A DNA stretch of 64,000 nt, taken from NCBI GenBank assembly GCA_019423565.1, contig JAHZBE010000002.1, forward strand, positions 83,692 to 147,691, in the 5' to 3' direction. The position numbers and the translations under genes are program-made. The stretch is from a bacterium (GTDB lineage Bacteria; Bacillota_I; Bacilli_A; RF39; UBA660). Each line of letters starts with the position of its first letter. Positions within the stretch are counted from its first letter, which is position 1. Positions 45,735 to 56,200 of this stretch are shown one piece after another. The notes below the pieces were generated by a model. It saw only the letters and a list, made by a program, of their open reading frames with translations. It ran no database searches and was not told where the DNA came from.

Positions 45735-46742
45735 CTATTTATCAACATTCATATAGTTTTTTTCAATTATATTTTTGAAATATGAATATATTGATTTTAA
45801 TAGTTCATTATTATTATAATATTCTTTATGTAAAATTATTCTATAAAAAAATAAATTATTAATTTCTTTATTCACATTTTGTTTTATACCATCACTTGTT
45901 ACTATTTCATTAAACATATAAAGTGTAGATGTAATTTGTCTGATTCTCGAATTACTAAGTTTATTATTTCTTGTTACTTTTCCTATATCACAATTTTTTA
46001 AATATTGTACAATTTTATATGGAGCTGGATAAACATTGTCTTTCTTATTTAATTCACTTAATACACATGTATTATGTGCAACAGCATTTCTTAATTTTAC
46101 AATATCTCTCAATATATATACATCTCTATTTTCATCTACTAAATTATATTCTTTAGTATAAAAATCATAGAAATTAACCAATTCACCAAATGTTATAATT
46201 TCAAGAAATTCCCATATCGGTATATTTTCTAACTTTTTATCTTTATCAACATCATATTTAGAAAATATTTTTTGATAATATTCATTACCAACTTTTTTAA
46301 AAATACTATTATGAACTTTTTTAGGAAACTTTTCATCATTGAAATCTTTCTCTAAATATAGATTAACTATTTTATACCCATCCTCATACTCTATATTTTC
46401 TATTGTATTTAATATTTTTATTTTTAAATAATGTTCAATATCAATTATCATTTTAAATAATAATAATCTTAATCTATGATCAATAATTGCCATATCTTTC
46501 AAATATGCAAAATCTAAATCTTGATATAGTCCCTCATATTTTCCTGCTGGTGACGGATATTTCTGAAAATTATTTTTATATGCAGTAATATTATAATAAT
46601 TATTATTGTACTTTAAATATTTTTCCGCATCATTCTCTGAAATCAAATTAAATTTTACATTTTTTCGTTTTAAATATGGAACCATTTCTGATATATTCAT
46701 CATAGGTTTTAAAGAATTTACAGTTCTAGAATTATTATCCAT
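45735..46742 (-). CDS. Abi_2 (AbiD/AbiF-like) abortive-infection family protein, second copy
   Basis: 335 aa. IDIEHYLKIKILN..., IPIWEFLEIITFGELVNFY, IVKLRNAVAHNTCVL (the RNxxAH motif). Confidence 0.65.
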   Translation of the reverse strand: MDNNSRTVNSLKPMMNISEMVPYLKRKNVKFNLISENDAEKYLKYNNNYYNITAYKNNFQKYPSPAGKYEGLYQDLDFAYLKDMAIIDHRLRLLLFKMIIDIEHYLKIKILNTIENIEYEDGYKIVNLYLEKDFNDEKFPKKVHNSIFKKVGNEYYQKIFSKYDVDKDKKLENIPIWEFLEIITFGELVNFYDFYTKEYNLVDENRDVYILRDIVKLRNAVAHNTCVLSELNKKDNVYPAPYKIVQYLKNCDIGKVTRNNKLSNSRIRQITSTLYMFNEIVTSDGIKQNVNKEINNLFFYRIILHKEYYNNNELLKSIYSYFKNIIEKNYMNVDK

Positions 46743-46908
46743 ATACCCACCCTCTTACCAGTACACATAGTATATCATAATAAATTCTATATATTACAAA
46801 TATTTAATAAAGTTTTAACAATTTTCTTCAAAAATAATTAAATATGTTAAATTTTTTTGATTTTTTTAACATGTTTTAGTTATATGTTAAATTATTTAAC
46901 TTTTTTAA

Positions 46909-47859
46909 CTAAACATCAAAAGATGTTTCATCTATAAATTTATAATTTGTCTTGTATTTAAGTTCTCTAACTAATCTAAATAAAGCATCATCTTTTGCTT
47001 TTGCCTCAATCATAATATCAATATCAACATTATACTTTTTTATCTTTTCTATAAACTGAATAAAATCATCACTATTAATATAATCATGGTGAGATCTAAA
47101 ATCTCTTTTTGTTTTATTTTTAGGAGATGAAAAGTGAACCTTTGGTCTAGTATCTTTCCATGTATCAAATATTTCCGCTAATATTTCATCAATATTATCA
47201 CATGGATTACATATATGATGATGATAATCTAAAACCATAGGTCTATTTATTTTTTTACATAAACTAAGTACATCTTTTGCATTATATATTTTATCATCAT
47301 TTTCTATTACTATAGAATTTTTAATATTATCTGGTAATTTATTAAAATTATTTACAAACCTTGTGATTGATTTTTCTTTTCCAAATACGCTGCTTCCAGT
47401 ATGTAAAACTATTACTGGATTTTTTATTTTTAATGCTTCTAATATATTTATATGATATTTAAGAATTTCAATTGAATTATTAATTGTTTCTTTATTAATA
47501 CTATTAAGTACACAAAACTGATCCGGGTGTACATCAACTCTCATATTATTTTTGTCTATAATTTTTGATATTTTATCATAATAATCTTTATACGTATTTA
47601 TATATTCAAAAGATACATTTTTATGTGTTGCGAGTGGAATTAATTTTGATGTTAATCTATAAAAATGAATATTGTTTTTTACATTATAATTTAATATTTT
47701 TTCTAGATTTTCTAGATTTGATTTTATAATTTTATCTAATTTTTCATTTTTATTTTCTTCTTTTAAATAATTTGTATATGTTATTGTACCGGAAGATGTT
47801 ATATCAAGTGCTTTACTAATAGCAACATATCCAAGTCTTATTATCATTTTATTCACCAT
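46909..47859 (-). CDS. uvsE: UV damage endonuclease UvdE/UvsE
   Basis: 316 aa. RLGYVAIS..., HFYRLTSKLIPLATH, VHPDQF..., TIM-barrel endonuclease family pattern. Confidence 0.8.
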   Translation of the reverse strand: MVNKMIIRLGYVAISKALDITSSGTITYTNYLKEENKNEKLDKIIKSNLENLEKILNYNVKNNIHFYRLTSKLIPLATHKNVSFEYINTYKDYYDKISKIIDKNNMRVDVHPDQFCVLNSINKETINNSIEILKYHINILEALKIKNPVIVLHTGSSVFGKEKSITRFVNNFNKLPDNIKNSIVIENDDKIYNAKDVLSLCKKINRPMVLDYHHHICNPCDNIDEILAEIFDTWKDTRPKVHFSSPKNKTKRDFRSHHDYINSDDFIQFIEKIKKYNVDIDIMIEAKAKDDALFRLVRELKYKTNYKFIDETSFDV

Positions 47860-47885
47860 TTATATTATTAACAAAAAAAGAAGAC

Positions 47886-49262
47886 TTATTTGTCTTCAAT
47901 TAATTTTTTAGCAATTTTTGTTACATTGCCTGCACCAAGTGTTAATATTATATCGTTTTCTTTTACATGTTTCCTTAAATAATCTACAATTTCATCATAA
48001 TCACTTATATAAATTGCATCAACATTATCTTCTTTTAATTTATTTACAATTTGTTCTTCTGATACACCATATATATTTTTTTCTCTAGCTGCATATATAT
48101 CAATAACTATTACATGGTCAAAATTCATTAATGATTCTGCAAAAGAAGATAAATGTTCTTTTACTCTACTATATGTATGTGCTTCAAATATTACCCATGA
48201 TGAATTAAACTTCTTTTTTAAAATAGAATCTGCAGTTGCTTTTATTTCTGTTGGATGATGTCCATAATCATCATATACATCTGCGCCATTAAATTTACCT
48301 TTATATTCAAGTCTTCTACTTGCTCCAGTAAATCCTATTAATCCCTCTTTTATCATATCAATTGGTAATTTATACCATAAACATAGCGCTATACATTCTA
48401 ATGAATTTGAAACATTATGTGATCCTGCAACGCCTAAAGTAATTCTATCTATTTTTTCATTATTATGCATTAAATCATAACTTGCACAGCCTTCATCATT
48501 ATAGCTTATATTTCTTGCATAGTAATCTGCTTTTTCATTTGTCATACTTGTAGTTAAAACACTAGCCCTAGTATGATTTCTTAAGTTATAACATCTTTCG
48601 TCGTCCATATTAACAACTAATAATCCATCACTTGGAAGCATACTTACATACTTTTGAAATGACTTTTCTATATTATCAATATTTTTAAAATAATCTAAAT
48701 GGTCATTATCAATATTAGTAACAATTGCACTTCTTTGTTTAAAATTTAAATAACTTTCACAATATTCACATGCTTCAATTATGAAATAATCGCTATTACC
48801 TACTCTATAGTTTCCATCTATACATCTAAGATTTGCACCAATTTGAATGCTTGGATCTAAATTAGCACTCATAAACGCACTTGAAACCATAGATGATGTA
48901 GTTGTTTTACCATGTGTTCCAGCAACTCCAATTACATCTTTAAATAACTTAGTAATTTCACCTAAGAATTTTCCTCTTTCTACTGTTTCAATTTCAAGGT
49001 TTCTTGCTTCCACTAATTCTGGATTGTCACTTTTTATTGCAGCTGTATAAACAACTAAATCTATATCTTTTGTTATATTTTCTTTTACTTGACCAATATT
49101 AACATTTATACCATTACTTCTTAATTTTTCTGTCATAGCACTTTCAGACATATCTGAACCGCTCACTTTAAATCCCCAATTAACAAGTATTTCAGCAATA
49201 CCACTCATGCTAATACCGCCAATACCAATCATGTATATATTTTTATAATCTCTTATGTTCAT
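47886..49262 (-). CDS. murC: UDP-N-acetylmuramate--L-alanine ligase
   Basis: 458 aa. IYMIGIGGISMSGIAEIL, GVAGTHGKTTTSSM. Confidence 0.9.
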   Translation of the reverse strand: MNIRDYKNIYMIGIGGISMSGIAEILVNWGFKVSGSDMSESAMTEKLRSNGINVNIGQVKENITKDIDLVVYTAAIKSDNPELVEARNLEIETVERGKFLGEITKLFKDVIGVAGTHGKTTTSSMVSSAFMSANLDPSIQIGANLRCIDGNYRVGNSDYFIIEACEYCESYLNFKQRSAIVTNIDNDHLDYFKNIDNIEKSFQKYVSMLPSDGLLVVNMDDERCYNLRNHTRASVLTTSMTNEKADYYARNISYNDEGCASYDLMHNNEKIDRITLGVAGSHNVSNSLECIALCLWYKLPIDMIKEGLIGFTGASRRLEYKGKFNGADVYDDYGHHPTEIKATADSILKKKFNSSWVIFEAHTYSRVKEHLSSFAESLMNFDHVIVIDIYAAREKNIYGVSEEQIVNKLKEDNVDAIYISDYDEIVDYLRKHVKENDIILTLGAGNVTKIAKKLIEDK

Positions 49263-49265
49263 TTT

Positions 49266-50594
49266 TTATCTTTCCCTTACTAAATTTTTAAATTCGTCTC
49301 CTCTATCTTCGAATCTATCATATTGATCCCAAGAAGCACATGCTGGACTAAGTAATACAACATCTCCAGGAGTACATATATCTTTTACCACATTCATTGC
49401 TTCTTTTAATGTATCATTTTTATAACATTTAATATTTAAATCATTACAAAATTCTTCTATTCTATTTTTTGTTTCTCCAAAACAAACAACACATTTAACA
49501 TTTTTCATTGAATCATCTAAATCATGAAATGAATGTCCTCTATCATATCCACCTAATAATAAAATTGTTGGTTTATCAAATGAATTAAGTGCAGTAATGG
49601 TAGACACACAGTTTGTTGCTTTTGAATCGTTATAATATGTTACACCATTTATTGTATCAACATATTCAAGTCTATGTTCAACACCTTTAAATTCTTTTAA
49701 AACATTTTGTATAACTTCATCTGTCACACCATATTTTTTTACTGCTATAATTGCGCCCATTATATTTTGGTAATTATGTTTTCCTTTTAATATTATGTCA
49801 TCTAGTTTTATTACTAACTTACCATCATAATAAATTCCCTCTTCATCATAATATGCAAGATTAGTTTTATCATGTCCATAATAAACTTTTGTACTTTTTA
49901 TATCATCTGTAATCTTCATGCTTACTTCATCATCTTTATTTATTACAGCCAAATCATCACTTGTATGATTATTAAATATTTTCTTTTTTGTCATTTGATA
50001 TACTTCATATGATTTATGAAAATCAAGGTGTGTAGGAGTAATATTTGTAAGTACACTCACATTTGTTTTAAAATCATACATATCACATAATTGATGATCA
50101 CTTATTTCAAGTACTAAATAACTATTTGGTTTAATATCTCGTACAAAATTTGATAAAGGAATTCCAATATTCCCTCCTAAATATACGTTATCAAATGAAT
50201 TTTTCATAAATTCACTTATAAGAGTTGTTGTTGTTGTTTTACCATTTGATCCAGTAACACCAATAATATTTACTGATTTATCTAGAAATGAGTATGCCAT
50301 TTCTATTTCATTTATTACTTTTATTCCAAGTTCTTTTGCTTTTACTACTACAGGATTGTCATATTTAATTCCTGGATTTTTAATAACATAATCAAAACTA
50401 TCATCAAGTAATGATAATTGATCACCTGTTATAACAACTTTAGCACCTAAAGATTCAAGTTCACTAACAAGTTCCTCTTTTTGTTCTTTACCATCAGTTA
50501 CAATTATTTCATTATTATAATCACTAAGTAATTTAGCAGCTTCATATCCACTTCTTGCCATACCTAGTATAAATATTTTCTTATTTTCAAACAT
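49266..50594 (-). CDS. murD: UDP-N-acetylmuramoylalanine--D-glutamate ligase
   Basis: KIFILGMARSG..., GVTGSNGKTTTTTL. I prefer the ATG at 50594 (RBS GAAGGTGA). The track TTG at 50630 lies inside a predicted extended -10 promoter (TGtTATAAT, -10 at 50613-50618). Confidence 0.9.
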   Translation of the reverse strand: MFENKKIFILGMARSGYEAAKLLSDYNNEIIVTDGKEQKEELVSELESLGAKVVITGDQLSLLDDSFDYVIKNPGIKYDNPVVVKAKELGIKVINEIEMAYSFLDKSVNIIGVTGSNGKTTTTTLISEFMKNSFDNVYLGGNIGIPLSNFVRDIKPNSYLVLEISDHQLCDMYDFKTNVSVLTNITPTHLDFHKSYEVYQMTKKKIFNNHTSDDLAVINKDDEVSMKITDDIKSTKVYYGHDKTNLAYYDEEGIYYDGKLVIKLDDIILKGKHNYQNIMGAIIAVKKYGVTDEVIQNVLKEFKGVEHRLEYVDTINGVTYYNDSKATNCVSTITALNSFDKPTILLLGGYDRGHSFHDLDDSMKNVKCVVCFGETKNRIEEFCNDLNIKCYKNDTLKEAMNVVKDICTPGDVVLLSPACASWDQYDRFEDRGDEFKNLVRER

Positions 50595-50744
50595 ATTATC
50601 ACCTTCAACAACATTATAACATGTATTCAATAAATAAGTAAAATAAATTAAGTATTATTCTTACCCATTAACATTTTATAAACATCTAAATTTTCTTTTA
50701 AAACTTTAAATATTTTTCCAATTGATATATCCACTAATAATATA

Positions 50745-50771
50745 TTAAAAAAATGCACTTTTTTGTGCATC
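50745..50771 (-). terminator. Rho-independent terminator of the surface-protein operon
   Basis: On the minus strand: ATGCAC-aaaaaa-GTGCAT followed by a 7-T run, 4 nt after the stop at 50775. Confidence 0.7.
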
Positions 50772-50774
50772 TTT

Positions 50775-53222
50775 TTAAAAATCATCATCGTCAAATGTAT
50801 CATATCTTGATGACTTATTTTGTTTTTCTTTTATTTCCTTTTTTAATCTATTTACTTCTTCTTGTTTAAGAAGCATTTTTAATTTATCTGGATTATTAGT
50901 TTCTAAACTTTCTTCTAATGCATCATATAATTCATCTTTTGTTACCACATCATCATATAAATCATATTTTTCTTTGTAATCTGCATCTATAGAATCAGAA
51001 TCTATTACATTTTTTGGCTCATTTATTTGCTTTGGTACTTCAGTACTTAATTTACTATCTTGATACAAATTTCCATTAGGATAAACTACATCATCATCTG
51101 TACCATTTCTTGAACCAATATTAATTTCAGGTTTAAATTCTATTTTAGTTCCTTCTGATATTTTTTGAATATCTTCTTTTTGTTTATTTTTTCTTTTAAT
51201 TAAAATTATAAGCATTATAATGATTGCAAGTAATAGTAATAAAAGTGATAATAATGCAAAGAATTGTCCTAAAGTTAATCCTAAAATTTTCTTACTTTTC
51301 TTTTCAACATCTATTTGGTAACTTTTTGTAAAACCATTTTCATCTGTAACTCTAACCATTACAACATTGTTACCTTCTTTTAAATCTTTATTACCTGTTA
51401 TTTCTACTTTCGCATTAGGATTTTTAGTAATTGCTTCTACATCTAGGGAATCAGTATTTCCATCAACAGTTAATTTATAATTTAATTTATCTGGATCAAA
51501 ATTATCATCTAATTTTTTACCATCAATTTTTATATCTGATAAATCATTATTACTTTTAAGTGGACTTCTTTTTACATTTAAAGTATAAATTCTTACGCTT
51601 CCATCTTCTGCGATTACTTTAATTGTTATAGGGGTTGTTTCTCCTACTTTGAAATCTTTATTACCCATTACTTCTACTTTAGCTTTATCTGATGCTTTAT
51701 AAGTTAAATCAAGTTTATTACTTTCATATGGTACTGTAACTTCATAATTACTCATATTTTTATCAAATTTAGGACTTATTTCACCATTACCTATTACTAA
51801 ACTTTCTAGATAATTTTCATTTGATTTTTTTTGTTCTTCTTTTGTACCAGAATTAGAACTTGTGCTTGTACTTGCTTTCTTTTTAGTTACATTTACTGTA
51901 TATGTATTTTTATTACCATTTTCTGCAGTTACTGTAACTGTAATATAATTCATACCTGGTTTTAGGTTACTATTACCACTTATTGTAACCTTAGCCTTAC
52001 TACTTGATGCAATTGCTTGTACTGTTAAGTTATCAACATTACTTGGTACTGTTATAGAATAAGAGAACTTATTTTTATTAAATGCTGGGCTTAATGTATA
52101 ACCACCTACATTTAATTTACTTAATGTTGCATCTGAGTCAAGAACAGGCTCATTTTTCTTTTCTTCCTCTCTTGTTACAGTAATTTTATATGTTTTTTTA
52201 CTTCCATCTTCTGCGGTTACTTCTACTGTTACTACATTGTTTCCTACCTTTAAATCTGTATTACCTACTATTTTAACGCTTGATTTTTCATTATTTGTTA
52301 TTGCTTTAACATCTATTTTAGTCGCATTATTTGGTACCTTTAAAGTATAATCTAAATTATCTTTATTAAATACTGGACTTAATGTATAACCTGGAACTGA
52401 TAAATCTTTTAGGGAATTATCACTTGATTTTTGTATTGCAGACTGTCTTGTTACAGTTATTGTATATGTTCTTTTATTTCCATTTTCTGCAGTTACTACT
52501 ACTGAAATATTATTAGCGCCTACACTTAAACTTTTATTTCCTGTTCCAGTAAGAGTTGCTTTAGCACTTTCTTTTGTAGCATTTAATGTTACACTTGAAA
52601 CATTATTTGGAACTGTTAAACTATAACTAGTTGTATTTTTATTAAATGCTGGACTAATTGTATATCCTGTAATACTTAAAGCAGATAAATAATTATTAGA
52701 ATCTTTAATAACAGGAGTTCCTATTGTTATTGTTTTTGAAACTGGCGTTACTGATAATTTATTATTATTACAGTCATTTAATAATACATTTGTCAAAGAT
52801 AAAGTTGTTGAACCAGTTTTTAATGTTTTAAATTTTAATGTAATTATATCTGTTGCTGAACTAAATCCATTTGATAAGGTAAAATCAATACCTGCAAATT
52901 TATAATTATTATTTTTATTTACAGATACAGCGTATGGAGAACTCATACCAGTTGCAGATATAAATTCTAAATAATCACTATCAAATGATATGTTTCCTCC
53001 TACACCACATATACCAATATTACTTGAATCAACATTAACATTGTTAACATTTACTTTAGCAGTTATTTCATCACCAATATTAGCATTATTATTTACTGTA
53101 TAACCAATACTAGCAGATCCTACTGTACTTGCAGCATTTGCTTTAATATATATTGCAAATATAGATGCTACTACTATTAAAATTATAATAAGTTTATTTG
53201 TTATCTTTCCATTATTCTTCAT
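50775..53222 (-). CDS. Membrane-anchored cohesin-like + cadherin-like beta-sandwich repeat protein (candidate anchoring scaffoldin)
   Basis: 815 aa with a signal peptide. N-terminal cohesin-like module (about 52727-53120: IGDEITAKVNVNNV...GNISFDSDYLEFISA...ITLKFKTLKTGSTTLSL). About six repeats of the form L..L.V.GY.LSP.F...YS..VP...TV.AENG..TYT..VTR. One TM (about 51230-51314), then an about 150-aa charged tail. Confidence 0.7.
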   Translation of the reverse strand: MKNNGKITNKLIIILIVVASIFAIYIKANAASTVGSASIGYTVNNNANIGDEITAKVNVNNVNVDSSNIGICGVGGNISFDSDYLEFISATGMSSPYAVSVNKNNNYKFAGIDFTLSNGFSSATDIITLKFKTLKTGSTTLSLTNVLLNDCNNNKLSVTPVSKTITIGTPVIKDSNNYLSALSITGYTISPAFNKNTTSYSLTVPNNVSSVTLNATKESAKATLTGTGNKSLSVGANNISVVVTAENGNKRTYTITVTRQSAIQKSSDNSLKDLSVPGYTLSPVFNKDNLDYTLKVPNNATKIDVKAITNNEKSSVKIVGNTDLKVGNNVVTVEVTAEDGSKKTYKITVTREEEKKNEPVLDSDATLSKLNVGGYTLSPAFNKNKFSYSITVPSNVDNLTVQAIASSSKAKVTISGNSNLKPGMNYITVTVTAENGNKNTYTVNVTKKKASTSTSSNSGTKEEQKKSNENYLESLVIGNGEISPKFDKNMSNYEVTVPYESNKLDLTYKASDKAKVEVMGNKDFKVGETTPITIKVIAEDGSVRIYTLNVKRSPLKSNNDLSDIKIDGKKLDDNFDPDKLNYKLTVDGNTDSLDVEAITKNPNAKVEITGNKDLKEGNNVVMVRVTDENGFTKSYQIDVEKKSKKILGLTLGQFFALLSLLLLLLAIIIMLIILIKRKNKQKEDIQKISEGTKIEFKPEINIGSRNGTDDDVVYPNGNLYQDSKLSTEVPKQINEPKNVIDSDSIDADYKEKYDLYDDVVTKDELYDALEESLETNNPDKLKMLLKQEEVNRLKKEIKEKQNKSSRYDTFDDDDF

Positions 53223-53235
53223 TATGTACCTCCTA

Positions 53236-56200
53236 CTAATTCTTCAAATAATATTGTAATGCACTTATCGCATCGCTTATATCTATTTCACTATCTTCTA
53301 CCATATCACCAGCAACAAAATATGCTCCTGTTAATGCTTTAGAACTATTTTCACCATTTAAATAATGACCTAGTATACCAATTGAATCACTGATATCTAT
53401 TACTCCATCACCATTAACATCACCTTTTATTACAATAGTTTTTCTATCTTTTTCTTCTCCATTAATCATTAACTTAACTATATATCCTGTTGCAACTATA
53501 TCACTATCTGATATAACACTTGTTTCATCACTATTTACTATTTCTAAATATTCATTAGGGTTATCTAATTGATCTTTTAATTCAAGTGCTGTTGTATTTA
53601 CTTTTACTGTTTTTATATAACCATTTGCTATTGTATGACCATATTTAACAGATGTTATTACTTCTGATATATTTGCTTTTTTCACAAATGTTACTTTATA
53701 TGTTAAGAATGTTCCATCTTCCGCTGTTACTAATATTACAACTTCTGTATTACCTACTTCTAGTGGCGAAATTGTATATGTATGTGGTGATGTATATGTT
53801 GTTCCATTTATTTTCATATTAGATTTATTATCTTCAAGTACACTTGTTAAATCAACTTTATTTACATCACTATCTATATTTACTATATAAGAATATTTTG
53901 TTTTATTAAAACTTAATTCTCCAGAGCTTACTCTTAAATCACTTAAGTATGCATTATTTGATGCTTGTTTTGAATATGTTATTTTATAGTTTTTAACTGT
54001 TTTACCATCTTCTGCAGTTACTTGAACTGTAATTGCACCATTACCATTATTTTTTGGAATATCAACAACATTACTACTTTGTTTATTACCATTTACTAAA
54101 TATGTAAGTGTTGATGTATCAATATTTGGTGTTGCATTTATTGTTAATTTTTCTAAACTATATGGTATTTCTCCAATACTATATTCTGTTTCATTCATAT
54201 TGAATTCTTTATCTAGAGTTTGTCCATTTACTGATAAACTACTAAGGTTAGCATCACTACTTAATTCTTTACCAAGTCTATGAATAATTACACTATATGT
54301 TTTTGTATTTCCATTTTGTGCGACAACTATAATTTCAAGTGTTGTGTCACCTTCTTTTAAATTATCAACTGTAATTGTTTTAGGTGTAAAGAAATTTTCT
54401 GAAAGAACTTTAATACTTGCATTTTTATCTTCTGTTTCTATATCAAAACTTATTTTATCAATATTATTTTCTACATTTATATTATATAAGAATGTAGTTT
54501 TATTAAAATCTATTTTACTTAATGATGGCGTTAATTTACTTAAGTAAGCATTATCTGATTTTACTATATTGTATGTTACTGTATATAATTTTTTACTTAT
54601 TCCATCTGCTGCGGTTACTTCTACTGTTATTATATTTTCACCAAGAAGTGTTGGTATATCTACTATATTACTATCAAAGGAAGTTGTTCCTACATAATAT
54701 TTTATAGTTGAATCTGAATTTGTTGGAGTAGCATTTATTTTTAATTTAGTTGTTCCATAAGGAATATCTCCAATACTATAATCTAGTGTTGTTGATGTAA
54801 ATGTTTTATCTAAATTATATCCACTTACACTTAAATCATGAAGTGTTGCATCATTACTTAATGCTTTTACAACATTAAATACATATACATCCATGCTTCC
54901 ATCTTCCGCAATTGTTGTAAGTCTTACTACTTTATCATCTTTTGAATATGTACCATTACCTGTTACTGTTGTAGTAGGAACAGTTGGCACGCCTTCTATA
55001 TTAAATTCTGTACTTCCATATGGAATTGTAAGTGTATATTCTCTTTTATCTTTTGATAAAGATGGAGATAACACTGCATTTGTTAAATTAACTTTTGATA
55101 AAGTTGTATCGCTTGATTTTGGTCTATTTACTTTTATTGTATATATTTTTATAGTTTTTCCATCTTCTGCTGTTACTGTTACTTTATAAATATTATCTAC
55201 TGTTGTTGATAATTCTATATTATCTTGTTTTGAAATAGATGCATTTTTATCTTCTGCAACCGCAGTTACTTCTTCTTTTGTAAGAATACTTTTTTCTTCT
55301 TCAACTGTTGTTTCATAATATAAAGTATCTTTATCAAAATCTGGTGTTAATGTATAACCCATTACTGATAATAAACTAAGGTTTGCATTATCATTTTTTA
55401 TTCTATTTACATGTAATTTATATGTTTTTTCTTCTCCATTTTGCGCTGTTACCGTAAGTACAATTTCATTATCTCCTGTTTTTAAAGATATTTCTCCATC
55501 ACCTTTTACGCTAGAATCAACATCTTTTAATACTGCTTCTACATTTATTTTTGTCTTACTATAATTTACATCACCTAAATCATATTCAAGTGTATCGGAA
55601 CTAAAGTTTTCTATTTCTTTTCCATCAACTTTTATCATTGATAAATCATTTATATTCTTCTTAGCTCTAATTACATTTATATTATAATCAAGTATTGAAC
55701 CTGATTCACTTTCTACTCTAATAACTATGTTATTATCTCCTACATTTAGTGAATGAATACCTGTTCCTGAGATAATAGTTGCTCTACTATCTGTTAGGGT
55801 TGCGGATACATCTATTGATGATATATTTCCATCAACATTTACTGTATAACTTGTTATATTTGAATTAAATTCTGGTGTTAATGTTCCTTCACTAACAGTT
55901 ATATCTGATAATGTATTTATACTTGATTTAGTTCTCTTTATATTTAATATATATGTATTTGACTTAGTCTCATCTTCACTTACTACAGTTACTTCTATTT
56001 GTTTTTCGCTTGTTGAAATATTATAGTGTCCTTCTCCTGATGTTACTTTTGAATTTGGTTCTAATTTAGTAGCAGTTACATTAAATTCTGTTACATCAAC
56101 AGGTACTGTTACTTCATATTCAAATACATTTGATGAGAAACTTGGTAAGAAACTACCATTAGTTACTGTTAAATTTGATAAAAGTGCAACATCTGATTTT

